DNA from: Candidatus Caldarchaeales archaeon
Lineage (GTDB): Archaea > Thermoproteota > Nitrososphaeria_A > Caldarchaeales > Calditenuaceae
NCBI GenBank assembly: GCA_032249095.1
Contig: JAVVGN010000011.1
Coordinates: 6,434-38,433, forward strand
DNA: 32,000 bases
Reading direction: 5' to 3'
The first letter of the stretch is position 1. The number at the start of each line of letters is the position of its first letter. The notes under the pieces were generated by a model that worked only from the letters and a program-made list of their open reading frames with translations, did no database searches and was not told the origin of the DNA. Below are positions 7,021-16,379 of the stretch, one piece after another. A program made the position numbers and the translations under genes.

Positions 7021-7802
7021 GCGCCGTATCTCCTGACCCTCTGTTGATACGTTCTTATCGCCCTCAGGAGATCTATGCGCCTGAATGCGGGCCAGTAGAC
7101 ATCCAAGAAGACCAGCTCGCTGTAGGCTATCTGCCAGAGCAGGAAGTTGCTGATCCTCTCCTCTCCCGACGTCCTGATTACTAGGTCTGGATCAGGCTTA
7201 GGGAGGCCATTCGTGTACAGGTTCTTCTCTATCACTTGCTCATCGACCTCGTCTGGGTGAATCTCTCCCCTCATGACCTGCTTCAATAGCTTCTTAACGG
7301 CGTCAACTATCTCCGCTCTCCCCCCATACGCAACCGCTATGTTGAGGTGGAACCTGTCGTGCCCTTTCGTCGCCTCCTCGAGCTTGAGAAGGCTCTCAGC
7401 CACCTTTGGGGGCAGGTAATTCAGCCTCCCAATAATCTTAAACCTAACCTTCTCCTTCCAAACCAGCTCCTCCGCCAGGAACCTCTCAACCTTCTCCAGC
7501 AAAACGTTGTAAAGATCCTCCAGCTCCTCCGGCGGCCTACGCATGATATTTTCTACAGACAAGACGTATAGGGTCACGACCCTTATACCTAGGTCGAGGC
7601 ACCATCTGAGAAGCTCCTCGACTTTATCCGCGCCGTATCTGTAGGCCTGTGCCGTGCTTAAACCATGCATCCTCGCCCACCTCCTGTTCCCGTCCAAGAT
7701 TAGGGCTAGGTGCTGGGGCATCTCTCTCCCCATGACGGTCCTCTCTAACCACTTCTCGTACAGCGAATACGCTCCGGCAAGCCTCAGTATCCTCTCTATC
7801 AT
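7017..7802 (-). CDS. uppS: cis-prenyltransferase (undecaprenyl diphosphate synthase family)
   Basis: HLALILDGNRRWA and IRTSGEERISNFLLWQIAYSELVF are the UPPS signature blocks. There is an ATGA start/stop overlap with the upstream DUF373 gene. Confidence 0.9.
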   Translation of the reverse strand: MIERILRLAGAYSLYEKWLERTVMGREMPQHLALILDGNRRWARMHGLSTAQAYRYGADKVEELLRWCLDLGIRVVTLYVLSVENIMRRPPEELEDLYNVLLEKVERFLAEELVWKEKVRFKIIGRLNYLPPKVAESLLKLEEATKGHDRFHLNIAVAYGGRAEIVDAVKKLLKQVMRGEIHPDEVDEQVIEKNLYTNGLPKPDPDLVIRTSGEERISNFLLWQIAYSELVFLDVYWPAFRRIDLLRAIRTYQQRVRRYGA

Positions 7803-8944
7803 TTCTTAAAGACCCTCACTCTCCTGATAGACCGTATAATGGTTATGGTCGTTAGAAGGGTCGCGAATCCTACGATCACTACTAGGATGAGCTGGATGAG
7901 ATGAGCGATATTCTGGGTTACTAGGTATTCCCCGAAGAGCCTCACGATTATCCATAGGAAGAAGAAGACCACCAACGCCTGAACATGTCTCCATACCCTC
8001 GCACTACGCGCGACGTAATAGTAGAATATATTGTAGGCAGTGTTGAGGAAGGCTGCTACCGCTAAGAGGTCGACGCTACTCTTAATGAACACTCCAGTGA
8101 AAGACAGTAGGTATGGGCTCAGCTTGTCAAGCGTTACCGCACCACTATCCGGACCTATCAGCGTCTGTACGTGTGCCATGGCGTCGCTATATCCGGCCGC
8201 TAGGGCCACGAGTATCAGTATTAGGCTGACCGTCGCTGTGAAGATGCGTATCTGAGTCAGGCCAGGTTTATGGGATATCTCTGTAACATGCCTCAGAAGC
8301 GAGGCAACAAGGTTGTCTAACCCAAATCCACGAATGAGCATTACAATCCCCGCGAATATCAGAAGGGTGGTCAGTGTCAGTAAGTTGAAGAAGTATAGCA
8401 TCCCGAGGACTATCAGGATTATTCCGGGGATCCCAAGGATCATGCGTGTGTAGGGCGCCTCGTAAACCAGCATTCTGAGATACCTGAGAAATATCATCCA
8501 GCTGGTCTCTATGCTTTGGCTCTGCTTCACCACAACGGTCCTGGCGGAGACCACCTTAAGGCGCGACGAGATTATGAAGGATGCTGACGGTGAGAGGGGG
8601 CCGTCAGACACCACGATACACTCGGTCGACCCTATCCTCGCTATAACATCCTCTATCTCTTGCGCGATCTTTCTGTCCCTCTCAAGGCCACCCTTAGGGC
8701 TCCCCGCCACGGTCACCAGCTCAACCCCGTTTGGCCACTTCCCATACTCCTCGTCATACAGCTTGATGGCCGCAAACATCGCGTTCGCGTCAGCATCCTC
8801 AGGGTCAGCCAACACTAGTTTGAGGGCCGCCTCCTGGTTAGCGTCCCTACCTATTATCGGGGTCTCTACTCCCCCTTTTACCCCAACGTCATTATCCTCG
8901 TCTATCACGATTATGAGAAGCGGCCCCCCAGCCATCCTCGACAA
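7799..8944 (-). CDS. DUF373 family membrane protein
   Basis: The N-terminal soluble part (LLIIVIDEDNDVG...PIIGRDAN...ADPEDADANAMF) plus a multi-TM C-terminal half matches my memory of the archaeal DUF373 layout. Confidence 0.7.
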   Translation of the reverse strand: MSRMAGGPLLIIVIDEDNDVGVKGGVETPIIGRDANQEAALKLVLADPEDADANAMFAAIKLYDEEYGKWPNGVELVTVAGSPKGGLERDRKIAQEIEDVIARIGSTECIVVSDGPLSPSASFIISSRLKVVSARTVVVKQSQSIETSWMIFLRYLRMLVYEAPYTRMILGIPGIILIVLGMLYFFNLLTLTTLLIFAGIVMLIRGFGLDNLVASLLRHVTEISHKPGLTQIRIFTATVSLILILVALAAGYSDAMAHVQTLIGPDSGAVTLDKLSPYLLSFTGVFIKSSVDLLAVAAFLNTAYNIFYYYVARSARVWRHVQALVVFFFLWIIVRLFGEYLVTQNIAHLIQLILVVIVGFATLLTTITIIRSIRRVRVFKK

Positions 8945-8991
8945 CCTACACCATATACAGGCTCAAACATCTTGAGAATTTATTTTTTAGA

Positions 8992-9891
8992 TTAGCCCTC
9001 GGTCTTGCCGCCGCTCAACTGCCAGAGGGCCTCGTCCTCCATGAGGATCTTCAGCTCCTCGAAGTCGAGCTTCTCCCCCCTCTCAAGCTTCTCTATCGCT
9101 TCCCTCTTCTTCTTAGCCTTCACCTCGCTAATGCGGCGCTTCATAATCTCCTCCCTCTTGCCCCTCAAAAGGCGATAGAGCTCGTATACCCTCGAGGAGG
9201 CTAGGATGCGCTCAGCCTCCAGCCTGTCCCTCACGTCCCTAGCCTCGACGTAGCTTGCATGGTGCTTATCTGCCTCGGCCTTGAGCGCGTCATACCTCTG
9301 GTTCAGCGCCTCCATCTCGGCACCGATCTTGCTGATCCTACTGGAGACCTCGTCCAGCCTCTTCCTCTTCTCCTCTAGCTCGTTCTTGACCTGTTCCATA
9401 GCGGGTGACAGCTCGTTGAGGGAGAGGTTTATCCTAAGCGCCTTCTCATACTCGAGGAGCATAGCCTCCATCCGCGAGGCCTCTTCGAAGAGTCTCCTCT
9501 CCTCCTCCCTAGATACGCGATGAGACGCTAGGTAGAGGTCTATCTCGTCCAGCCTCCGCTTTATCTTGTTGACATCCATCGAGATGCGGAGGCTCTTTAG
9601 CTCGCCTTTGAGCTGTTTCTTCTCGATTATGTAGTTGAGGAGTTTCTGTCTGAGGTCCCTTACATCCCTTCTTAAGACCCTCGCCTCCTCTATGAGTCGC
9701 GCCTTCTCCTCCTTCAGATTTCTAACTTCCTCTCTTATCCTCTTCATCTCCGCGTGTATGTTTTCGCGCTCCTCGGCGTGAAGCTTCATCCTCTTTGAAG
9801 CCTCCTCTATCTGCCTGTCGAGCTCGCCTATCTTCTCCCGCAGCTCGGCGATCTCCTTAGAGATCTGCTCCTCCATGCTCATGCAACCCAC
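8992..9891 (-). CDS. archaeal coiled-coil protein (COG1340-like)
   Basis: 299 aa, E/K/R/L-rich and heptad-like throughout. It starts immediately after the stop of the GPN GTPase gene, a conserved archaeal pairing as far as I recall. Confidence 0.65.
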   Translation of the reverse strand: MGCMSMEEQISKEIAELREKIGELDRQIEEASKRMKLHAEERENIHAEMKRIREEVRNLKEEKARLIEEARVLRRDVRDLRQKLLNYIIEKKQLKGELKSLRISMDVNKIKRRLDEIDLYLASHRVSREEERRLFEEASRMEAMLLEYEKALRINLSLNELSPAMEQVKNELEEKRKRLDEVSSRISKIGAEMEALNQRYDALKAEADKHHASYVEARDVRDRLEAERILASSRVYELYRLLRGKREEIMKRRISEVKAKKKREAIEKLERGEKLDFEELKILMEDEALWQLSGGKTEG

Positions 9892-10653
9892 CTACCGCAG
9901 CTCATACTCACCCTCACCAACCATCTTGGTGACCTCGGCGTGGAGAGCTCCAAGCCCAAGCATTTTCATAGACGACACCATGACCACAGGAAACATTCTA
10001 CCTATCTCGTGCATGATGCCTACGAGATCCCTTGTTATAAGCATTTGCATTCCACCCCCCTTAGACTCTATATCCACCTCCAAGGCCTCCCGCGACTCTA
10101 TCCACCTCTTTATGCGCTTTAGGATACGCTTGGGGACAGCGTCGACCTTAGATATGGCGATTATTGTCTGGAGAGCTAGGGAGAAGTAGACCGAGGTTGT
10201 GAGGAAGAGGGAGGCTGTGAATAGGCGAGTGGTGTGGCTTGTGACTGGGTCTAGGAGGTAGACCAGCACGCTGGGGAACTTTCGGAATATCTTCACCAGC
10301 TCGCGGCCTTCCTTCCTGAAGGCGAAAAGCTCGAGCTGCCCAGGAGTGTCCACAACCACGTAGTCAGCACCTAAGGCCTCCACGTCCTCTGCCAGATCCT
10401 CGACCTCCCTCACAGCCTCCCTGAAAGACGATATCAGTGCGGCGTTAGGGCCGAGCTGGCGCGTCAACATTATCCTCTCAAAGTCCACATACTCCCTTAT
10501 GTCGATGTCCGGCTCGTAAGGCAAAACCGCCGCCGCGGGGTCAAGGTTCACGGTCGCGACTATCTGCTCGTTAGACTTGAGCCACTCCGAATAAGCGGCA
10601 GCCAGAGATGATTTCCCAGAGCCTGCTGTCCCCACCAGATAGACTATACGCAA
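9892..10653 (-). CDS. GPN-loop GTPase
   Basis: It has the P-loop VGTAGSGKSS, NLDPAA, the eponymous LGPNAAL and DTPGQLELF. TTG start. The TATA-like CTTATATTATG lies about 30 nt upstream. Confidence 0.9.
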   Translation of the reverse strand: MRIVYLVGTAGSGKSSLAAAYSEWLKSNEQIVATVNLDPAAAVLPYEPDIDIREYVDFERIMLTRQLGPNAALISSFREAVREVEDLAEDVEALGADYVVVDTPGQLELFAFRKEGRELVKIFRKFPSVLVYLLDPVTSHTTRLFTASLFLTTSVYFSLALQTIIAISKVDAVPKRILKRIKRWIESREALEVDIESKGGGMQMLITRDLVGIMHEIGRMFPVVMVSSMKMLGLGALHAEVTKMVGEGEYELR

Positions 10654-10716
10654 ACTCCAAAGTTTTCTCGCAGATGCATAATATAAGCCTGAGCCTGCGT
10701 GAGGCCTCAGGGCCTG

Positions 10717-12306
10717 TCAGCAGAGCTCTATCGTGCTTGGGGGTTTGGAGGTTGCGGCGTAAGCCACCATCACAACCCCCTCAACCTCGTTCGTGATGCG
10801 TCTCGATATCCTGTCGAGAAGCTCGCTGCTTATTGGGTACCAGTCGGCCGTCATTCCATCCTCACTCGTCACGGCCCTAACTATCACGATGTGGCCCTCA
10901 CTCCTCGCGTCGCCCTTGACGCCGACCCACTTTGAATCCAGCACGACGGCGAAGGCCTGCCAGACCGAGTTGTAGATCCCTGACTTCTGGAACTCCTCCT
11001 CAACTATAGCGCTGGCCTCCCGACATATCCTCAGCTTCCTCTCCGTTACTTCTCCCTCAATCCTCACCGCAAGTCCCGGCCCGGGGAAGGGATGCCTCTC
11101 AATAACTGCGCGGGGAATACCTAGGGACTCTGCAACACGCCTGACCTCGTCCTTGTAGAGGTCCTTGAGGGGCTCAATGAGCTCAAGCCCAAGCCTACTT
11201 GGTAGACCTGCCACGTTGTGGTGGCTCTTTATCAGGCTAGTGAGGGCGCCTGTAGCACCACTCTCCACTCTATCGGGATATATCGTACCCTGCGCGAGAT
11301 ACCTCGCGTTGGGTATGGAGCGGGCCGCCTTCTCAAAGATCTCCACGAAGACTTTACCGATGGTTCTCCTCTTCTCCTCAGGGTCCGAGACTCCTCGCAG
11401 GGCCTCGAGGAACTCTCTGCTAGCGTCAATGAAGTGGATGTTTTCTATCTTTAGCTCTTGGAGGCTCTTGAGAACAAGCTCCCTCTCACCCTTTCTGAGG
11501 AGGCCATGGTCGATGAATATCACGTGGAGCCTCTCTCCGATAGCCCTATGCAGCAGCACCGCGGTAGTTATCGAGTCCACCCCCCCGCTCACTCCACACA
11601 CAACCCTCTCATCAGGGCCGACGCGAGACATAATCTCCCTGATCGCGCTCTCCACCGCGTCTACCGGTCTCCACTCACACCTACAGTGCGCAACCTGTCT
11701 GAGGAAGTTTTCGAGGACTCGCTGGCCGAGATGCGTGTGCCTCACCTCGATGTGAAACTGTATCGTGTAGATGCGGCGTTCTGGGTTCTCCATCGCGGCT
11801 ATTAGTCCTGACTCGGAGACAGCGGTCACAGAAAATCCGGGGGGCGGCTCCAGTACGGCGTCTCCATGACTCATCCAGACATCCATTTGGCTTGGTAGGC
11901 CGCTGAAGAGTGCCGAGTCGCCCTTAATCTCTACTCTCACTCTCCCATATTCTGCTTTGGGGGCCCTAGAGACCTTGCCACCCAAAATCTTTCCTACGAG
12001 CTGATGACCGTAACAGATCCCGAGTATCGGGATACCTGCCTCGAAGATTGAAGGGTCTGGCATCGGGGCCCCATCATCATAAACGCTTCTGGGGCCGCCT
12101 GAGAGAATCAGGGCCTTGACGTCGCTGTAGCTTGCTACCTGCTCGGCCGAGATATTGTGTGGCACGACCTCGGAATATACTCCGGCCTCTCTGCATCTCC
12201 GAGCAATGAGGTGGGTATACTGACCCCCAAAGTCAAGTATCAGTATCTTCTCGAGGCTAGCATCTCCCTGCGCGGCTCCCGAGCTCAGCCTAAAATACAC
12301 CCCCAC
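10717..12306 (-). CDS. guaA: GMP synthase (glutamine-hydrolysing), fused GATase + ATP-pyrophosphatase
   Basis: ILILDFGGQYTHLIARR and GICYGHQL mark the class I GATase. VSGGVDS is the PP-loop. The C-terminal KPPSTIE(L/W) dimerisation end is present. Confidence 0.95.
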   Translation of the reverse strand: MGVYFRLSSGAAQGDASLEKILILDFGGQYTHLIARRCREAGVYSEVVPHNISAEQVASYSDVKALILSGGPRSVYDDGAPMPDPSIFEAGIPILGICYGHQLVGKILGGKVSRAPKAEYGRVRVEIKGDSALFSGLPSQMDVWMSHGDAVLEPPPGFSVTAVSESGLIAAMENPERRIYTIQFHIEVRHTHLGQRVLENFLRQVAHCRCEWRPVDAVESAIREIMSRVGPDERVVCGVSGGVDSITTAVLLHRAIGERLHVIFIDHGLLRKGERELVLKSLQELKIENIHFIDASREFLEALRGVSDPEEKRRTIGKVFVEIFEKAARSIPNARYLAQGTIYPDRVESGATGALTSLIKSHHNVAGLPSRLGLELIEPLKDLYKDEVRRVAESLGIPRAVIERHPFPGPGLAVRIEGEVTERKLRICREASAIVEEEFQKSGIYNSVWQAFAVVLDSKWVGVKGDARSEGHIVIVRAVTSEDGMTADWYPISSELLDRISRRITNEVEGVVMVAYAATSKPPSTIELC

Positions 12307-12326
12307 CCCTCCTACCCGTCTGAAGC

Positions 12327-12336
12327 TATCTATAAA
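12327..12336 (-). promoter_or_regulatory. TATA box of guaA
   Basis: The reverse strand reads TTTATAGATA, about 21 nt upstream of GTG 12306. Confidence 0.45.
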
Positions 12337-12423
12337 CGCCTCGCTTTTCAGGCCGCCTACCTAAAGGAAACGACTAGGACGCGAGACATTGCCGCCATAA
12401 TAATCGCCGATGTTCACGAGAGA

Positions 12424-12711
12424 CTAGGCCTCGGCCTGCAACAGCCGATAGCCGGCGCGATAGTCACCTTTTACTCCGACCTGAAGCTCTGGATGAGTAC
12501 GCTGGGGCCGGGCCGGAAACTCCTCACCGTTGAGGGCGAGGTGGGCGGCGGCAGATACATCCTCCGCGTCCACGAGGGCGGGCTGTCCGAACTCTAAGCT
12601 GAGATGCCGTTCTGGTCTAGCGTGAACCTTCATTCCTTCCCCCATTCTTCCCTTCACATACGTGTTTAGCCCCTTATAACCATCAGACACCAATAAGATA
12701 TCAACGATCAA
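12424..12711 (-). CDS. hypothetical protein (weak call)
   Basis: 95-aa ORF between guaA and IS copy 2 (alternative Met at MGEGMKVHARP). I recognised no motif. The competing + strand ORF 12157..12597 overlaps the guaA 5' end and looks artefactual. Confidence 0.3.
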   Translation of the reverse strand: MIVDILLVSDGYKGLNTYVKGRMGEGMKVHARPERHLSLEFGQPALVDAEDVSAAAHLALNGEEFPARPQRTHPELQVGVKGDYRAGYRLLQAEA

Positions 12712-12819
12712 AGTATATGGGGGTTGAGGTAGCCCTTAACATCCGATCGGATGACTAACCAAGAACCAAACCTTCAGAATATCGAGCCATAGATATGTTT
12801 CATATGGTTTTCTGTATGG

Positions 12820-13397
12820 GATGGTGTCCAAATAAGGCGTTATATTTAAAGGCCGGTTGATGTGTCTTGTGTGTTATGGATGTTGAGGCCTTGGTCTCGG
12901 GCTGTTTTATGCGTAATAAAAAAGTAGGGAGGTTAAGGTCCTAGCAGTGTTGGACTACATGTTTCATGGTAGCTGTAGAAGGGTCTCTAGGGTCTTTAGC
13001 ATGGGTTTGGAGCCGATAAGCAAGTCTGCCGTAGATTTGGATTCTAGGGAGTTATTGGCTCTAGAGGTGTCTTATGGGAGGAGTAGCCTGAATGCCCTAT
13101 CATTCCTCAAGAAAGCATTGAGGATGTGTACAAACAAGCCGTTGGTATTGGTTGATAAAGGCCCATGGTATAGGTGGGCATTTGAGAGGCTTGGCCTAGA
13201 GTATAGGCATGAGAGGCTCGGCATGAGGAACAGGGTCGAAAGATTCTTCAGATACCTAAAGGAGAGAACCGTAGTATTCCACCACAAGCTAATCGCAAGA
13301 GACCACGTACAGGGAATAAACAACCTAAACCTATTCACACTATACTATCAGGCCGCGAGGACGGAAGGTGGGTGAAAATGCTTATTTGGACACTATC
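12820..13397 (+). mobile_element. IS6-family-like insertion sequence, copy 2 (578 bp, internally deleted)
   Basis: The termini are GATGGTGTCCAAATAAG (12820-12836, one mismatch) and CTTATTTGGACACTATC (13381-13397). It is about 90% identical by eye to copy 1 and inverted relative to it. Confidence 0.8.
12947..13375 (+). pseudogene. IS6-like transposase with in-frame deletion of the first catalytic Asp region
   Basis: The reading MLDYMFHGSCRRVSRVFSMGLEPISKSAV|DLDSRELL lacks the ~42 codons (HYLAKK...CIAVDETKLSVKGVHVYVWSAV) present in copy 1. Confidence 0.75.
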
Positions 13398-13475
13398 TGT
13401 TCTATCATGAGTCTGACCTTAAGGACTCTCTCCAGGTTCTTAGGTAGGCTAAGGGGCGGCTTTAAGGAATCTGAC

Positions 13476-13611
13476 TCGCTGACCCTCAGCCGGCTTCTAC
13501 AGTCGAGCGGCGCCTCCAGCTGAAGAGGGACTCTTCCTCCACCCTCTCGGCGAGGAGCCACTCCATGAGCTTCCCCGTGGGTAGTGAGGAGAGTGCCGTG
13601 ACCGCGATTAA
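13476..13611 (-). repeat. 136-bp direct repeat DR1, a duplicated 3' end (last 41 codons + 10 nt) of membrane protein gene 16390..16959
   Basis: It is identical to 16380-16515 except for one position (A at 13530 versus G at 16434). On the reverse strand it reads LIAVTALSSLPTGKLMEWLLAERVEEESLFSWRRRSTVEAG*. Confidence 0.95.
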
Positions 13612-13655
13612 ACAACTATCTCTCGTTTAGAGAATTGAGAGAGGATCTTTCTCGT

Positions 13656-14762
13656 TTAGTACACGAGATACTCGTCGAGTGGGTATGAGGTTAGGGGGAC
13701 CACGGAGTCCTCAGTTATGAGGAGGGTATCCTCGAACCTTATCCCCCACTTGCCGCTTATGTATACCCCTGGCTCGCAGGTGACCACGTTCCCCTCCGCG
13801 AACTGGTCCTGGCTCCCCGGACCGATTCGGGGCGGCTCATGGATATCGATGCCCAAGCCGTGGCCGAGGCTGTGGGTGAAGTATGAGTCTAGACCCGGGG
13901 AGGCGAGGGTCTCTCTAGCTGCCTCATCCACATAGCTGCAGGAAACGCCCGGTCTCATCATGCTCTGCGCCCTATTCTTAGCGTAAAGAACGGCCTCTAT
14001 TGCCTCCTTAACGCTCTGCTCGGGATCCTTCCCTATGAAGAAGGTTCGCGTTATGTCGGAGCAGTAGCCTTCAACCTTTACTCCCAAGTCGATCACGACC
14101 GTGTCGCCCCTCTTTATTACGCGGTCCCTCGCGGAGCCCCTTAAGAGGGGACCGTGTGGAAGCGCTGATCTCTCCCCCGACGCCACTATGGGGGGGAAAG
14201 CAGCCTCGTCTCCCACCCTCCTATAGATCTCCGCCATAAGCTCCGCCTTAATCTCGCTCTCCATGATGCCGGGAGTTAGAAGATCCGCCGCGCTCTTCAT
14301 CACCTTGTCTGCTATAGAGCATGCCTCTTTAATGACCGTGACCTCCTCCTCGTCTTTCGAGGACCTCATATCCCAGACGATCTTCGGGACTTGTCGGAGC
14401 TCGACGCCACCAACTAGGCCACTAACCCTTCTGAAAGTCTCCAGCTCGATCTGATCCATCCCAACGACCCCCTCCACATGGCTCAGCATCTCGGCAAGAA
14501 TCACCTCCGACAAAGCCCCCATCCTGAGCTTCTCCACCGCTATCTCGGGGGGCGCCTCCTTCTCCGCGAGAGCATAGTCCAGCGGAGACGTGTAGAAAAC
14601 CGCCGCGCCGTCCTGCTTGATCAGTAGGTAGCCAGAGCAGGGTAGGCCCGTAAAGTAGAATATGTTGGACCTGTCGACGCATATGTATGCTTGGAGGCCC
14701 ATGAGGCTGAAGCGTGTTGCAAGCCTCTCTATCCTCTCCTTGTATCTCATACCTATCGGCAC
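13656..14762 (-). CDS. M24 family Xaa-Pro peptidase (PepQ/PepP-like)
   Basis: It has a creatinase-like N-domain plus M24 metal-ligand blocks (VVIDLG..EGYCSDITRT, HSLGHGLGIDIHE, VVTCEPG, IRFEDT). Confidence 0.9.
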   Translation of the reverse strand: MPIGMRYKERIERLATRFSLMGLQAYICVDRSNIFYFTGLPCSGYLLIKQDGAAVFYTSPLDYALAEKEAPPEIAVEKLRMGALSEVILAEMLSHVEGVVGMDQIELETFRRVSGLVGGVELRQVPKIVWDMRSSKDEEEVTVIKEACSIADKVMKSAADLLTPGIMESEIKAELMAEIYRRVGDEAAFPPIVASGERSALPHGPLLRGSARDRVIKRGDTVVIDLGVKVEGYCSDITRTFFIGKDPEQSVKEAIEAVLYAKNRAQSMMRPGVSCSYVDEAARETLASPGLDSYFTHSLGHGLGIDIHEPPRIGPGSQDQFAEGNVVTCEPGVYISGKWGIRFEDTLLITEDSVVPLTSYPLDEYLVY

Positions 14763-14833
14763 TATATAGGTGCGGGGCGTGATAAAAGTATGGAGCCGGG
14801 CCTCAGCGGATTTTGGAGGCGGCTATACAGCTG

Positions 14834-15955
14834 TTAGTCGACCCTTAAGATCTTCGCCCTTACCCTATCCATGATTGCCCTCTCAATCCTGCTAATCTGT
14901 TCATAGGTCTTCCGGAGGTCACGGTTCTTATGCGGCACCACTATGTAGGGCCTGACAATAAGGTCGCCCCTGACCCCCCGCCCCCTCCATAGGCCCTTAC
15001 CCTTCACCACCACTCTGGAGCCAGTCCTTATAGGTGGAGAAAGCTTGACGTCGACCGGCCCGTCCGGTCCTGATACCCTGACCACCGTCCCCAAGACTGC
15101 CTCGCTAGGCGAGACCGGTACCCTAACTACCAGGTCTCCGTCCACTACCCTGACGTGGCGGGTCTGCTTGACCCGGATCCTCACCAAGATGGTCTTGTAG
15201 GGGTTGGAGGGGTCGCCTGCGGCGATCCTAAGTATTGATCCGTCCGTGGCCCCGCGCGGAATCTTGATGGGTTGTTTCTGGAACTTTTTTAGCACCCCAG
15301 CGCCCCCACAAACCCTGCACTGCTTTTCCACGATCTGACCACGGCCATGACACACGTCACAAGTCCTTGCCACCGTGTAGGTCATGTGCCCTAGAACGCT
15401 TGTCCTAACTACCTGGCCTGTCCCTCTACAGGCACTGCAGTCCCTTAAGCCGCCGGGCTCTGCGCCACTCCCTCTACACCGCCCACACACCTCGTCTACA
15501 ACGTATTGCACCTCCCTATCCGCGCCCTCGAAAATCTCCCTAGGCGTCACCTCCAAGTCCACAAGCGTCTCCTCAACGCCCCGCCTTTCCTCACCGAAGA
15601 TCTCCGTGACGAAGTCCCGGAAGAACCGGTCGAAGACCGACCTGAAGCTACCCAGGCCAAGGTCTCTAAAGATGTCTTCGAAATCCTCGATCCTTCCTCG
15701 GAAGAGGTCCTCCCTCGTATACGCCCCCGACAGGCCTTCGTGTCCATACATGTCGTAGATTCTTCTCTTCTCGTCGTCCATGAGGACGGCGTAGGCCTCG
15801 CTAATCTCTTTAAACTTTTCCTCGGCGTCGGGTGACTTGTTCCTGTCAGGGTGGTACTGGAGAGCGAGGCGCCTGTATGCCCTCTTGATCTCCTCCTTAG
15901 TCGCGTTTCGCGGGACCCCCAGTATCTCGTAGTAGTCCTTGCGGGTGCTGGACAT
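14834..15955 (-). CDS. dnaJ: DnaJ (J domain + four CxxCxGxG zinc-finger motifs + C-terminal domains)
   Basis: It starts at ATG 15955 ([39 protein letters not shown], with the HPD motif). The zinc motifs are [24 protein letters not shown] and CRVCGGAG. The 52 extra N-terminal codons of the track ORF overlap the upstream gene and are rejected. Confidence 0.9.
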   Translation of the reverse strand: MSSTRKDYYEILGVPRNATKEEIKRAYRRLALQYHPDRNKSPDAEEKFKEISEAYAVLMDDEKRRIYDMYGHEGLSGAYTREDLFRGRIEDFEDIFRDLGLGSFRSVFDRFFRDFVTEIFGEERRGVEETLVDLEVTPREIFEGADREVQYVVDEVCGRCRGSGAEPGGLRDCSACRGTGQVVRTSVLGHMTYTVARTCDVCHGRGQIVEKQCRVCGGAGVLKKFQKQPIKIPRGATDGSILRIAAGDPSNPYKTILVRIRVKQTRHVRVVDGDLVVRVPVSPSEAVLGTVVRVSGPDGPVDVKLSPPIRTGSRVVVKGKGLWRGRGVRGDLIVRPYIVVPHKNRDLRKTYEQISRIERAIMDRVRAKILRVD

Positions 15956-16020
15956 TTCTCGCTGTCTAGAGTCTGTCGGTTGCGGTTGATAAATCCGAGC
16001 CCGCGGGATGTACAGGATTT

Positions 16021-16350
16021 TTACGCAACTGAGGCGCCTGGCTCGATCTCCGACTCCGGAGCCACCGGCACTATCTTCTCTTCGCTCGTCATGGCTGCAA
16101 GTATCATGCACTCTGACACCAAGCCACGGACCTTCCTCGGCTTCAGGTTTGTGACGAAAACGTATAGCTTGCCCTCGAAGTGAGATGGGTCGTAGAGATG
16201 GCCGAGCCCTGTAAGTGCCCGCCTCGTGGTGCCGCCGAAATCCACCTCAAGCAACAGTAGCCTATCAGTCCCAGCCACCCTCGAGGCCCTGACAACACGG
16301 CCGACACGCATCTCAACCCTCTTAAACTCTGAGATATCTATCTCCTCCAC
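16021..16350 (-). CDS. tRNA-binding domain protein (Trbp111/CsaA-like OB fold)
   Basis: [14 protein letters not shown]...[11 protein letters not shown]....GL...Y....[26 protein letters not shown] is the EMAP/Trbp111/CsaA tRNA-binding domain pattern. Confidence 0.85.
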   Translation of the reverse strand: MEEIDISEFKRVEMRVGRVVRASRVAGTDRLLLLEVDFGGTTRRALTGLGHLYDPSHFEGKLYVFVTNLKPRKVRGLVSECMILAAMTSEEKIVPVAPESEIEPGASVA

Positions 16351-16379
16351 GCCAAATCCGTGACGCTTGGAACTATTTA

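Noticed and set aside
11165-11755. Long antisense ORFs inside GC-rich genes (11165..11755 in guaA, 25841..26458 in the C-N hydrolase gene, 8511..8975 in DUF373, 15384..15835 in dnaJ, 22199..23098 in the dehydrogenase gene)
   Set aside because: They have S/P/R/L-rich compositions opposite strongly motif-supported genes, a standard artefact of high GC.
4302-12819. Segment between the two IS copies as a composite transposon
   Set aside because: Its cargo is core-GC housekeeping operons (uppS, GPN GTPase, guaA) and both IS copies are defective. Inversion substrate is the more conservative reading.
13398-13475. Searched the 3' flank of IS copy 2 for the missing continuation of the serine recombinase (frame reads FYHESDLKDSLQVLR*)
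   Set aside because: It bears only a vague resemblance to the SxxQ...L region after the catalytic serine, it is 15 codons long, and it ends in a stop. This is not enough to claim the flanks were exchanged by inversion.
13382-13615. ORFs 13382..13615 and 16373..16576 share NRGHGTLLTTHGEAHGVAPRREGGG, suggesting a conserved paralogous protein
   Set aside because: The shared peptide is just the antisense translation of the 136-bp direct repeat, whose sense strand is the 3' end of gene 16390..16959.
15956-16111. N-terminal 52-codon extension of the DnaJ ORF; similar extensions of ORFs at 23023..23121 and 19156..19206
   Set aside because: The extensions overlap upstream genes or promoters, are R/P/S-rich, and precede canonical N-termini ([25 protein letters not shown], and an ATGA-coupled MSPANSD).
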